Notes: a model not told the origin generated them from the sequence alone. A stretch of 64,000 nucleotides of DNA from Octopus sinensis (GCF_006345805.1 NC_043012.1:34658001-34722000), one strand, 5' to 3'; shown: positions 1 through 12,186, counted from the stretch's first letter. Made by a program: numbers and translations.

Positions 1-211
1 TTTAATTATTATCCTCGCATAATAAAACTGCCAAATAAAACAATCATACAATGTCAATGTATCTAATAATACAGACACTGGAACCATCGTAAACCACGAA
101 ATCCTGTAACAAGTCCATCCTTACGAGAATGGAGGCCAACTCAGAATAACGAAACTCAAGATTCACAGCCAACAAGGGAAACAAAATATATAAACCCCAT
201 CATCAGCTATC

Positions 212-314
<103 letters not shown>

Positions 315-431
315 TGTGCGTTTGTGCATGCGTGTTTATGTGGTATATGCGAGAAGTTTATGGGAGACACGAAGCTACGAGTAGCGACACACGCAGATAC
401 GGGTTTATATATATATATATGATATATATAT

Positions 432-468
<37 letters not shown>

Positions 469-502
469 ATATATATATATATATATCATATATATATATA
501 CA

Positions 503-705
503 GGCGCAGGAGTGGCTGTGTGGTAAGGAGCTTGCTTACGAACCACATGGTTCCGGGTTCAGTCCCACTGCGTGGCACCTTGGACAAGTGTCTTCTACTA
601 TAGTCTCGGACCGACCAAAGCCTTGTGAGTGGAATTGGTAGACGGAAACTGAAAGAGGCCCGTCGTATATATGTTTATGTATATACATATGTATGTGTGT
701 GTGTT
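503..705 (+). mobile_element. SINE family A (tRNA-like head, CORE-like body), 3'-truncated
   Basis: ggcgcaggagtggctgtgtggtaag (A box) ... ggttcagtccc (B box) ... gtggcaccttggacaagtgtctt; same sequence at 17711, 33703 and 6196. Confidence 0.85.
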
Positions 706-711
706 TGTCGG

Positions 712-769
712 TCAGTTTTGCCGAACCGCTAAGTTACTAAGACGTAAACAAACCAACACTGGTCGCCAA

Positions 770-808
<39 letters not shown>

Positions 809-1000
809 GAAACACACATACACACACGCGCGCGCGCGCGCGCAGGCACATTTCAATTTCCGTCCACTAAATCCACTTACAAGGCTTTCGTTGGCCTCAG
901 CCTATCGTAGAAGACACTTGCCTAAGGTGCCATGTAGTTGGACTGAACCCAGAAGCAAGTGGTTGGGAAGCAAACTTCTTATCACGCAGCCACACCTGCG
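712..1000 (-). mobile_element. SINE family A, diverged copy in opposite orientation
   Basis: Reverse complement of the family A head, body and part of the tail (ttttgccgaaccgctaag...cagccacacctgcgc). Confidence 0.8.
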
Positions 1001-1002
1001 CT

Positions 1003-1193
1003 TGCCGGGCGAAATGCGTAGCCCGTTACGCTCCGAGTTCAAATTCCGGCGAGGTCGACTTTGCCTTTCATCCTTTCGGGGTCGATAAATTAAGTATCAA
1101 TTACGCACTGTGGTCAATGTAATCGACTTAATTCGTTTGTCTGTCCTTGTTTGGCCCCCTCTATGTTTAGCCCCTTGTGGGTAATAAAGAAAC

Positions 1194-1195
<2 letters not shown>
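1003..1195 (+). mobile_element. SINE family B (Nin-like central domain), 5'-truncated
   Basis: gagttcaaattcc B box then gtcgactttgcctttcatcctttcggggtcgataaattaagta and tail gccccttgtgggtaataaagaaa. Confidence 0.85.
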
Positions 1196-1270
<75 letters not shown>

Positions 1271-2043
1271 ATATATATATGAATGTAATTTCTTTGCAAA
1301 TTTCCACATTGCTATCACTCTAAATGGATATTCTAACGGGGATCACTCGTCCTCCTGCATATAGAAAGCTCATTAACTATTCAGGGTGTCGAGTACTTTA
1401 TTTTATCGGCTCCGAAAGTAAGAAAGGCAAAGTTGAACCCCGACAGTTTCGACATATTAATTTTAATTCATAACAGAAACAGTGATACATTTCATGAATT
1501 TATTTTTCTTTTTTCTTTCTCTTAATTTCTTTCTCTTCTTGCATTTTTTTTGATAGGAGAACTGAGCAGGCTGACTGATTTTGTGAAGACATGGAATCTC
1601 AATGACAGACCGATAATCTTTGGAAAGCAGATCATTTTTCACTACCTAAATCAGCTTTTATTGTCTCTTTTATCCAAACAAATCTGATAGTGCTACACAC
1701 CCAGAGCTGGCATTCTCTGAAAGATCCTTTCATGGTACACGGAACCAAACACACCCAGCTTCCAAGAACTTCAACTACTTCGACGATCACAACAACAACA
1801 ACAAACGAAAGAAACAGCAACGGCAGAAAGATGAACAACAACAACAACAACCACACATTTACCGTTTTGCTGACCTTGTTTGTTTTTATCTTTAATAAAG
1901 ATTGAAATGTCTTTAATTGTGCAATTATACATAAATGCTTAGAAACATATATACACGTATATATATTCAGAAAGGAGGCTTAGACAGGCTTCCTATGCTC
2001 TATCTCTAAAAGTAGACAGATAAAATAAAAAATTATACATACC

Positions 2044-2162
<119 letters not shown>

Positions 2163-2632
2163 CACACACATATATATATATATATATTATATATATACAT
2201 ACACATACATACATACATATATACATATATATATACATACATATATACATCTATATATATATGTATGTAAATATATATATATATATGTATATATATATGA
2301 ATAAATAAATATATATAATATATATATAATAATATATATATATATGATGTATATAGTTGAAAATAATATTTTATATACTTGCGTGTGTAAGTGTGCGTGA
2401 ATTTGTATACGAATATGCATGGGGTTTACGCGTTCACGTTTACAGTAAAGCAAAAGATGTGCTCAATACTTTTAGATAGAGTGGAACATCGTTTATTCAA
2501 AACTAAGTCTATGTGAAACACAACTCGGAAATTCTCATTGCCCTTCCTTAGTCGCCTGAGGAACGGGGACTAAAACCCTACGTGATGACTTACGCAAATT
2601 CAGTGTTTAATGAATATTATACACAAATATAT

Positions 2633-2711
<79 letters not shown>

Positions 2712-2892
2712 TATTACGTTTATGTATCTGTTTTGGAATATTCTTGATGTGAAAACGTGTGTTGAAACATATTGTTACCCTTGGGGGATAGTAATTTTTT
2801 TGCCATTTAAACATACGCGCTATTTTTTAAATCTTCACTTTAGTTTTATTAGTATTATATTTAGTTAATAGGGGAGACGCATGGGACAGAGA

Positions 2893-2936
2893 GTTACTGA
2901 AGAGGTCACAGAATGTGTGACGAAAAGAACTTTGAC
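2893..2936 (+). ncRNA. Minimal hammerhead-ribozyme-like motif
   Basis: gtta-CTGAAGA-g-gtcaca/tgtgac-GAAA-agaac-tt-tgac; stem III imperfect. Confidence 0.55.
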
Positions 2937-3159
2937 AGACGTAGAAACTAAATATAATACAAATTAAATCTTAAGGGAAGATCAAATCAATAGTGGGTAT
3001 GTTTTATTGGCAAAAATGACTATCTCCAAGTATAACAATATATAAATATTTATCGCGTCTAAAGGTATACCAGAGTGTCAACAATCACCAACTTTTCGTT
3101 GAAGTAAAGTGTAAAATAAAGCATGAACGATTTTAACTTTCTTGATGAGTCATATGTTT

Positions 3160-3927
3160 TACGTTCCTATTTGTTTAACCGTCGATTGCTCTGATCATTG
3201 TCCAATATACGTTCCTATTTGTTTGACCGTCAATTGCTCTGATCATTGTCCAATATACGTTCCTATTTGTTTGACCGTCAATTGCTCTGATCATTGTCCA
3301 ATATACGTTCCTATTTGTTTGACCGTCAATTGCTCTGATCATTGTCCAATATACGCTCCTATTTGTTTGACCGTCAATTGCTCTGATCATTGTCCAATAT
3401 ACGTTCCTATTTGTTTGACCGTCAATTGCTCTGATCATTGTCCAATATACGTTCCTATTTGTTTGACCGTCAATTGCTCTGATCATTGTCCAATATACGT
3501 TCCTATTTGTTTGACCGTCAATTGCTCTGATCATTGTCCAATATACGTTCCTATTTGTTTGACCGTCAATTGCTCTGATCATTGTCCAATATACGTTCCT
3601 ATTTGTTTGACCGTCAATTGCTCTGATCATTGACCGTCAATTGCTCTGATCATTGTCCAATATACGTTCCTATTTGTTTGACCGTCAATTTCTCTGATCA
3701 TTGTCCAATATACGTTCCTATTTATTTGACCGTCAATTGCTCTGATCATTGACCGTCAATTTCTCTGATCATTGTCCAATATACGTTCCTATTTGTTTGA
3801 CCGTCAAGTTCTCTTATCATTGTCCAATATACGTTCCTATTTGTTTGACCGTCAATTTCTCTGATCATTGTCCAATATACGTTTCTATTTGTTTGACCGT
3901 CAATTGCTCTGATCATTGTCCAATATA
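3160..3927. repeat. 48-bp minisatellite, about 15 copies
   Basis: Unit acgttcctatttgtttgaccgtcaattgctctgatcattgtccaatat starts at 3161, 3209, 3257...; two 23-bp internal duplications near 3631 and 3750. Confidence 0.95.
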
Positions 3928-4331
3928 TTAGGTTGCCTCTGGCAAAAGGATGTCCGCGTGTTTTTGAATTCCTTGAGAGGGAACTCCAGCAATGTTATTC
4001 TATCTCTGATAAGTAGTGAATAAACGCATTCAACTCTGCCATCAGTATTGAACTCTTTCTGCTGAACGATCGTGTACCCCACTCGCGGCATATACATACA
4101 TACACACGCACACACACACACACACACATACATACATATATATATTAGGTATGTATATATATACTTACGAAACACCAACTCAAGCACACATAAATGTGTG
4201 TGTGCGTATCTGTGATTCTATTATCTATTGGCATCTTTTGACCTGGCTTCCACATATAAATCTTGTATGGAAATAACATAACCAAAAGGACTATAAGTAA
4301 AGAAGAAGAACTACTACTACTACTACTACTA

Positions 4332-4408
<77 letters not shown>

Positions 4409-5059
4409 TAGAAACCAATGGCTCCCGTGTACTGTGAAAAGAAACGATATTGAGACTATGTGATAGTCAATCGGTCATGTGACTGCGGGGTATTCAGTTA
4501 TATGACCTTTGACACGCAAGCATCTAGCTTTCACGTCACATTGTCATTAACTCCCAAGACAACTTTCTGATTAGTAGAGTCATGTAATTATTGATATCAT
4601 TTTGACAACCTTCATCATTATTCAAATTAGCTATACTGAGAAAGAGTGAGAGAGAAAGAAAGAGAGAGAAAGAAAGAGGCAAGCAGTTGGCCAGTCACCT
4701 GAAAACTAAGACAGCTAACTCTTCCTCTTTCGTGACCATCCCTAATACTCCCAGATAATAATTGGTGGCTTAGTCGCTGATACTCATTAAAAATTAAATA
4801 GTGTCTGTCTGTCTGTCTACCTCGGAACATAACTGTTAACATTAAGGCAGCTAGCTGACCAGTCCACACATCAAATCGTAAGATCCCGCCAACTGAATAG
4901 TTACATGACCACCTCTACTCCAGACAGTCCAGTCACGTGATCAAGTGGATAAATGTACTTCTGCTCAATTACTGTGTTAATAAATTTTACTTGATCATAT
5001 TGTTCATTAGTTTTTTTGTTTGTTTTTTTTTACAATCATTTTGCAATAGCCTTCGGAAT

Positions 5060-5325
5060 TACGGAGATGTACTTGCATAGCAAGTGACTTGATCTGAGAT
5101 CGTGTGCTGGAACGAAAACAATTGCAGCGTGGAAGGTGTTTATAAGCCATTTAAGAACCGTTAGATTCACTTCAACATTTAAATTTAATTTGTCAAAATA
5201 AGTTTTGTCAGTGAACAGGTCGCGGTCTCAAAACGACGAAAATATTTTGACAAATTAAATTTAAATGTTGAAGTGAATCTAACGGATTCTTAAATGGCTT
5301 ATAAACACCTTCCACGCTGCAATTA
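5060..5325. mobile_element. Penelope-like terminal-repeat fragments in inverted (fold-back) arrangement
   Basis: About 80-bp near-perfect arms 5120-5200 / 5243-5323 around a hammerhead-like spacer; same family at 7349-7460 and 7770-7903. Confidence 0.6.
5204..5254 (+). ncRNA. Hammerhead-like motif with G3-C8 swapped core
   Basis: tttgtca-GTGAACA-g-gtcg/cgac-GAAA-atat-TT-tgacaaa; 7-bp perfect stem I, palindromic aatatt stem III. Confidence 0.6.
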
Positions 5326-5731
5326 TTTTGCAATAATTAAGACTAATTTACGAATTATGATTCGTGTTTCGATAAGTTAAATATGATATTTAAGTGTCTC
5401 TGTCGCGCACGACGACTTAGAAGTTACGAAGAAATAATCCTCGAAGCATACTTTACAATCTTAAACGGTGGAAAGACTTATTGCCTGATGTAATCTGAGG
5501 TACACTATGTCTGTAAAAAGAAAAAAAAATGAATGAAAGCAATGCATGGTCAAAGCTAGATCTACATTGATCATAAGAACTGACTTAAGGCAAACCAACA
5601 ATAACGAAGATGGCGTTTTTTCTGGGGGTTTTTTTATGCGATGTATATATGAAATTTATGCTGTTGGTGATTAAGTCATCTTTATTTAGATAAATCAATA
5701 AAGGAGAGAGGAATATATATATATATATATC

Positions 5732-5990
5732 ACTGTTACCGACCAGGCTATCAGATGTTGCTACACATCGCTGGTCACAATGCGCTTCGCATTGTTTTAG
5801 CCTTCAAATGACGCCACCCCGCTGGCTAAGCGAGCAGGCCAACAGAAGAAAGAGTGAGAGAAAGTTGTAGCGAAAGAGTACAGCAGGGATCGCCACCCAC
5901 CCCCTACCGGAGCCTCGTGGAGCTTTAGGTGTTTTCGCTCAATAAACACTCACAACGCCCGGTCTGGGAATCGAAACCGCGATCCTACGA
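5732..5990 (-). mobile_element. SINE family C
   Basis: B box ggtttcgattccc on minus strand; body gagcgaaaacacctaaagctccacgaggctcc shared with 17104-17310. Confidence 0.7.
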
Positions 5991-6195
5991 TATATATTAG
6001 GGCGCAGTTTACCAAGTCCAGGATGATTTCTGTGCAACAAGTCGAGAAACTAGGTATTCATTTCCAGTATCCCCTTAACATAGTATTGTATCCCTGTCGC
6101 AAGTTCCAGTCCACTATTCATCTGATCGATTGCCCGGTTTCACATACGAGCATTCGTATAAGGCCTCTGCAGTCTTAGAGTAATAGGTTAATATG

Positions 6196-6352
6196 CATGG
6201 CTGTGTGGTCAGAAACTTGCTTCCCAATCACATGGGTCTGACTTTAGACCCACAGTGTGGCACCTTCAGCAAGTGTCTTTTATTATAGTCTCTGATCGAC
6301 CAAAGCCTTGTGAGTGATTTTCGTAGAGGGAAATTGAAAGAAGCCCGTCGTT
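6196..6352 (+). mobile_element. SINE family A, diverged
   Basis: tggctgtgtggtc...gtggcaccttcagcaagtgtctt...gaaagaagcccgtcg. Confidence 0.75.
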
Positions 6353-6465
6353 TATATACATACATACATACATACATACATACATACATACATACATACA
6401 TACATACATACATAATACATACATGCATGTATACATACATGCATACACACATGTATACATACATG

Positions 6466-6506
<41 letters not shown>

Positions 6507-6764
6507 CTTGTACATAAGAACACATCAAGAGGCTTCCAATTAGGAAAGCCTTGTGCTAGAAAATCCTTTTGAGAATTTATCCATTAGTGGTTTGAGTTTT
6601 CTACTGCTCTTTCTAGCACAAGGCTTTCCTATTTGGAAGCCTCTTAATGTGTTCTTATGTACACGATATTTTTATGTGAATAATTTACAGTCTACTGACT
6701 TTTTTTTGTGCTATGCCACTGGTAATGATAATTTCTATAATTCATATTACCCTAATATATATGG

Positions 6765-6869
<105 letters not shown>

Positions 6870-7099
6870 ATAATAGAAATATTAAAATTACTAAGTCTCT
6901 CTAAAGGAGATTACGGCAGCGTTACTGGAAATTAATAGTTATCGCCATACTAATATGCCAGTCTTATAAATATAAAACTAAAGCTGTCGCTGATTAGCTC
7001 CAAGAGGCCACCGCCTCAAGCTAGCTATTTGACACACGAACCTGCGTCCATTACAAACCTTCGAACAAGGGAGGTCAGCCGCTTCATCCTGCCAGTCAG

Positions 7100-7138
<39 letters not shown>

Positions 7139-7231
7139 ATCCAAACATGAACAAACAGAAAATACAACAACGCGAGGACGTGGAACAAGTATTGTGTTAT
7201 TGGACGCTCAGGAAAGGAAAGAAAGAAGGAG

Positions 7232-7268
7232 TATTTAACGTTTCGAGCGGAACTCTTCGTCGGAAATA
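7232..7268 (-). ncRNA. Hammerhead-like motif, CCGACGA (U4C) core
   Basis: Minus strand: tattt-CCGACGA-a-gag/ctc-GAAA-cgtt-aaata; lies in a repeat (7133-7335) also present at 37215-37392. Confidence 0.6.
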
Positions 7269-7462
7269 TATTAAAAAAAAGGAAAAGTCCAAAGAAGGGA
7301 AGATGGAGAAAGAAAATCGCCAACGATACACACGCAGTCACATATATATTACGGAGATGTACTTGCATAGCATGTGACTTGATCTGAGATCGTGTGCTGA
7401 AACAAAAACAATTGCAGCGTGGAAGATGTTTATAAGACATCTAAGAACACACACAAAAAAAA

Positions 7463-7609
7463 CATTATTTACATTATTTACATTTGACGGATATTTGTCC
7501 TCACCTTCTTTGTTGTTAACGCAACATTTCGGCTGATATACTCTCCAGCCTTCATCAGGTGTCCTGGGGAAATTTCGAATCTGAGTTCTGATTTCTAAGG
7601 TATTTTTGA

Positions 7610-7662
<53 letters not shown>

Positions 7663-7721
7663 TCACTGCCTGGAATCTTGGGGTTAGTAGCCCGCGCTCT
7701 TAACCACGACGCCATATGCCC
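7463..7721 (-). mobile_element. tRNA-headed, (AAT)n-containing element carrying a hammerhead motif (hammerhead at 7518-7563)
   Basis: gggcatatggcgtcgtggttaagagcgc head; gacac-CTGATGA-a-ggctg/cagcc-GAAA-tgtt-gcgtt; second copy of the body at 61956-62137. Confidence 0.65.
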
Positions 7722-7773
7722 GTAAGAATAATATCCATCAAATGTAAATAATGTAAATAATGTACATAGTTTC

Positions 7774-7818
7774 GTCAGTGAGGAGGTCACGGTTTCAAAG
7801 CGACGAAAATATTTTGAC
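7774..7818 (+). ncRNA. Hammerhead-like motif, second copy of the 5204 family (GTGAGGA core)
   Basis: gtca-GTGAGGA-g-gtca/cgac-GAAA-atat-TT-tgac. Confidence 0.45.
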
Positions 7819-8274
7819 ACAAATTAAATTTAAATGTTGAAGTGGATCTAACGGTTTTTGTGTGTTTCTTAAATGGCTTATAAACATCTTCCACGCTACA
7901 ATTGTATGTATGTGTGTGTGTGTGTGTGTGTGTATGTGTGTGTGTGTGCATGTGTGTGTAAAACCAGGTGAAAATCGACCGGAATATGTCATTTTTTGCT
8001 CGTCTGTAAGAAAAAAAGATATTCCATGGGCAGTTTGTAATCTCGTAGCAGGAAAAAGAAAAAAAATTCAAAGTTAATAGCATAAGGGCAATAACTCTAC
8101 ACTCATACAGTCAGAGTTATTTCCCTTACAAGGTTACACCAACGCGTTTAAACATTTTCAACGTCCATAGAGAAACAATGCTAAAAATCCATGAAAGTCT
8201 TTTGGTATCGATTCTCATTTTGCAATTCAGAAAACACAAGTATTATATATTTCTCGCGTGACATTAATAATTCT

Positions 8275-8486
8275 TACTACTACAGGCACAAGGCCTGAAG
8301 TTTCAGGGGCGGGGGGCGGGGTCCAGTCAATTAATTCGATCTCAATAGTTGACTGGTGCTTATTTTATCGACCCGGAAAGGATGAAAAGCGAAGTCAACC
8401 TCGGTGGAATTGAACTCAGACCGTAAAGATGAACGAAATGCCTCCAGACATTTTGTCCGTCTGCTACAGATTCTGCCTGTTCGCTG
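8275..8486 (-). mobile_element. Diverged SINE B-related copy
   Basis: ttttatcgacccggaaaggatgaaaagcgaagtcaacctcgg is the reverse complement of the Nin-like domain. Confidence 0.7.
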
Positions 8487-8664
8487 AGAATAATAATAAG
8501 TATTTGCAGAGTATCGCATGACCAAAAGTGATACCAAAAAGCGTATATCCTATCTATATAAGCAGCAGTAGCACTGTAAAAGCGGTCTCTTAAAAATGCA
8601 GAGCTCTATGAAGTCATTGCAACATAGTAAACATAAAGACACAAGATTGCCAGATTCGTCTTAA

Positions 8665-8885
8665 CCCTTTAGCATTCAAACCGGCCATATCTGGCCAAAA
8701 TATTTAACCTCTTTTATATTGAAACTGACCAGATCTCGCCTCTCACCTCAGACCTACCATGTCATTCTAAAACTAAAAAAATCACATCACTGAAATCTCT
8801 AAACTACAAGATAATGCATGATTAATTCAAACCATTTTAAATAAACAAACATCACATTTGATAGAATAATCTGAACACTAAAGAG
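8665..8885. mobile_element. piggyBac-type MITE
   Basis: TTAA|ccctttagcattcaaa ... tctgaacactaaagag|TTAA (imperfect 16-bp TIR, TTAA TSD). Confidence 0.75.
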
Positions 8886-9386
8886 TTAAATGTTAACTTT
8901 TAATATTTCAAACACAAATAAAGGCTTTTTCGTTAGTCGTAAATTATCCGCGAATACTAGGGTAGCTTTTAAGCCTCTCCCCTGCGACTGACAAGTACAA
9001 AGTTTCCACAGGGCGTTGCTTAATTAATGTGCGAGAGCCGTGGCTGAAAACTTGGCATGCTAATGACGACCGAAAAATCACTATTTTTTCTTGACTGAAT
9101 ATGTTATAGACGAAGGTTCACACAATCTTTCACCGTCACCACCGCCGAAAGTCGCTTCGATGAGACCGACAGCAGACTTCGCGAGAGAGTCTCTCCGTGT
9201 TTCGTTGCTGACACTTCGACGGCTGCTTGCAGCAGATCCAAGATATCTGGGCCCGTTCGAATGTGGCCATCGCTGAAACGCTTACAGTTCTTTCACGTTG
9301 CTTCTTCACAGGCGGCCGCAACATTTGAATCAGTAAATATATTTGTTGACGACAGATGAAGTACCAATACCGAGAGGTAATTGTTA

Positions 9387-9814
9387 TCCCGACTTAAACG
9401 TGGATGTTCTGTTAGAACAAACTATACTGCGGTAGTTGCCATGAAAGAAAAAAAAAATCTCTCATATTGGCTTTTGCTGCAAAAGGAACTCTTGTTTATA
9501 TTACTGGTGGGGAGATAAATGCACGCCACCTCCAGCGCTGAGACCATTAGATCACGTGATCTCGACCTTCCTGTGGTGGAGAGATGAATCGCTGCTATCT
9601 CCAGCGGTCGAGCGTCCATCATTGACAAGACCAAGGAAGATCGAAATCACGTGAGCTGGTAGTGTCGGCGCTGGAGGTGGCGAGGAATTTTCTCTCTGCT
9701 AGCAATATAAACAAGAGCGCATTTTGCACCAAAAACCAATACGAAAGTCTTTTTTCTCGTAGTAACTGATGCAGTATAACTTGTTCTAATAAAACATCCA
9801 CGTTTAAGTGGGGA
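9387..9814. mobile_element. Fold-back MITE with about 190-bp diverged inverted arms
   Basis: tcccgacttaaacgtggatgtt...cgccacctccagcgc versus gcgctggaggtggcg...aacatccacgtttaagtgggga. Confidence 0.8.
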
Positions 9815-10005
9815 CGAATAGAGAAATCGGTGGTTTTCAACCATTTTTTTTATCTAGAGACCCCTTTGATTGCTAATTTACTTGGATTACTTTCTTATAG
9901 ACATTCGATGTTTTAAAAAATTCTTATTGAATTTTTATAATCAAATATAAGAAATTGTCTAAAATGAGTGTTAAAATAGTTTGTGTATGATAGAAGTATA
10001 AGCAA

Positions 10006-10460
10006 TTAATTCGTATACTGACATAGTACACCCCTTCCTTTGTTTCCCAGTTTGCAATATTTCGCTATGTGCCTGGGTCGGGCATATTGGTAACTCACCC
10101 CTTTAGACTTCGGTTTTGTACAATCTCTAGCCAAGTGCAGACTCGGACACCTAAAGCATGGTCCCTTAGATGTCCGTCTCTCCATTACTCTGTCTTCGCT
10201 ATTTGCCGCCTGCCTCTTCATCCTACGCATATCCGTCGTCACCATTGTCGCGATATCACGTCTGCCATTCTGAGTTAACACTCGCATCTTATTCACTAAG
10301 TCGCCCGCTGACGTTGTGTCGATGTCTGGCTGCTGCTGCTGCAACCTCACCGAGATGTGATTGGAGAATTCGATCACAAAACCTGGCTTTACGATCCTCT
10401 CCATCACTTCAACGGTAAACCCTGCTAACAAAGAAGTTATTCAAACGCCCCACTTCTTGA
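10006..10460 (-). pseudogene. LTR-retrotransposon (gypsy-like) gag fragment
   Basis: ORF with zinc-knuckle-like CFRCPSLHLARDC and a degenerate second knuckle YQYARPRHIAKYC; no pol or LTRs seen. Confidence 0.6.
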
Positions 10461-10879
10461 CGTGACGTTAGCTCCCCTCCCTTCCGGTTCCGTCGTCACT
10501 CTTCTTTCCTCGCTTCCGGTCCCGACTTCACTCTTCATCCCTCGCTTCCTATCCCGACGTCTCCTTCACCCCTCCACAGAGTAATAATTCCAACATTGGT
10601 CCGACAAATATCTAATATGGAGACAATTTCAGTCACAGTAAAACTTTCATCATAATTTGACAATTTTTTTATCAAACTTCATTTGAAATTCTGCTCCTCT
10701 GGTTGGTCATTAATGGCTGGTGAAAAATACTGCTGGATAAACATTGAATTTAAAGTTGACAAGAAGAGAACTAAAGTGAATGGCGAAATCGAAGTTGACA
10801 ATCATGAAATTAAAGCTGTCGACGACGACATCGCGACTGAGATCAATATAATTGAGACGGGTTGGTGGGGAGCTCTGAG

Positions 10880-11200
10880 GGCAAACTGTCGAATTCTTAC
10901 AAAGATCATGGTCACCCTGACTACTTAGGTCAGCGTCCTCTCCAATCAGTTCTCTAAAAGCGCATGTTCAGAGCAAGCCCATCACTTGATTATGCTTACC
11001 ATTCTCATTCACCTTTCAACGAATTTGCTGGAAGACAACAATTCCCTTCCCATCCTCAGTTTTCCTTTCAAGTGAAACCTGAAAAGTTGATGAGGGCATT
11101 GGCCAAAGAGGAGAGTGTCTTTTCAACCTTTTCAGTGTGGTCTACCACACAACCTCTTGCGCAATGGCCAATAGATAGGTAAGATGTGCCTCCAACACAG
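10880..11200 (-). pseudogene. L1/Tx1-type LINE ORF2 C-terminal remnant
   Basis: Frameshifted translation LLAIAQEVVW*T.LKRLK / LINFSGF / KGKLRM resembles Tx1-like ORF2 ends. Confidence 0.45.
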
Positions 11201-11268
11201 CTTACAATAACACATTTTAGTACGTATTATTGAAATGCAGTACGATTCAATATAATAAATACAGCTGA

Positions 11269-11499
11269 AGACGGCGAGCTGGCACAAACGTTAGCACGCT
11301 GGGCGAAATGCGTAGCCGTATTTCGTCTGCCGTTACGTTCTGAGTTCAAATTCCGCCGAGGTCGACTTTGCCTTTCATCCTTTCGGGGTCGATAAATTAA
11401 GTACCAGTTACGCACTGGGGTCGATATAATCGACTTAATCCGTTTGTCTGTCCTTGTTTGTCCCCTCTGTGTTTAGCCCCTTGTGGGTAGTGAAGAAAT
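11269..11499 (+). mobile_element. SINE family B, full length
   Basis: Complete head, domain and tail; probable TSD atataataaatacag at 11250-11264 and 11500-11514. Confidence 0.9.
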
Positions 11500-12130
11500 A
11501 TATAATAAATACAGTTTATGAACAACACAGTTGTGTGGTGAGAAATTCGCTTCCCTACCACATGGTTCCGGGTTCAGCATTTTGTTTGTCTACACGTTCA
11601 AGTTTAAAATCCGGGGTCAATAAAATAAGTACCAGTTGGGAACGGGAGTCGATGCAATCGACTTACTCCATTCCCGAACGTACAGGCCATGAACCAAAAT
11701 TAGAAACCCATGTTCGGCTCGGAGTCAAACATGAATTCTAATGGACGTAACAAGATTTCATAAACACAGCCGCGTCCGCATGCGAGTGCGGACCCAGCAT
11801 ATTGTGCGTGCTGACAGTCCTTTGTAATGTTTTCTAGCCTCTCAAACAAACAACCCAGTTTCCTACTACCCCCCAGTCATGTGGGGGATAAGAGAAATTA
11901 CAGAAGACAATGATACTGACAAGCTAATGATAATTTTAAAATTACAAACGAAAACTCAATCTGCAGAAAATTCCTGAGTAATTTTTTCCACGCGAATATC
12001 TCGTCTCTTCTTCATTCGTGCGCGCTTTGCCACGTTAAACCAGAGCAGAGACTGCATGACTGCGCGAACGAAACGGGATTTAGCTGATATATACAATACA
12101 CGTACTTTGTTTTACATATATGCATATGTG

Positions 12131-12186
<56 letters not shown>

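Noticed and set aside
1-200. Penelope GIY-YIG remnant (SHNK, HEIL*QVHPYENGG)
   Set aside because: Too short and degenerate at the window edge.
2550-2590. Further hammerhead remnants (also near 15890, 25820, 57108 and 62543)
   Set aside because: Each lacks GAAA, an intact core or a stem; too degenerate to count.
3160-3927. CRISPR array
   Set aside because: Units are contiguous with no unique spacers, there are no cas genes, and the context is eukaryotic.
10606-10660. LTR end, primer-binding site and gag start (aaca-ttggt...METISVTVKL)
   Set aside because: The ORF stops within a few codons and no LTR pair is visible.
11227-11415. Recurring ORF MRNWYLIYRPRKDERQSRPRR (also at 55475)
   Set aside because: Antisense translation of SINE B.
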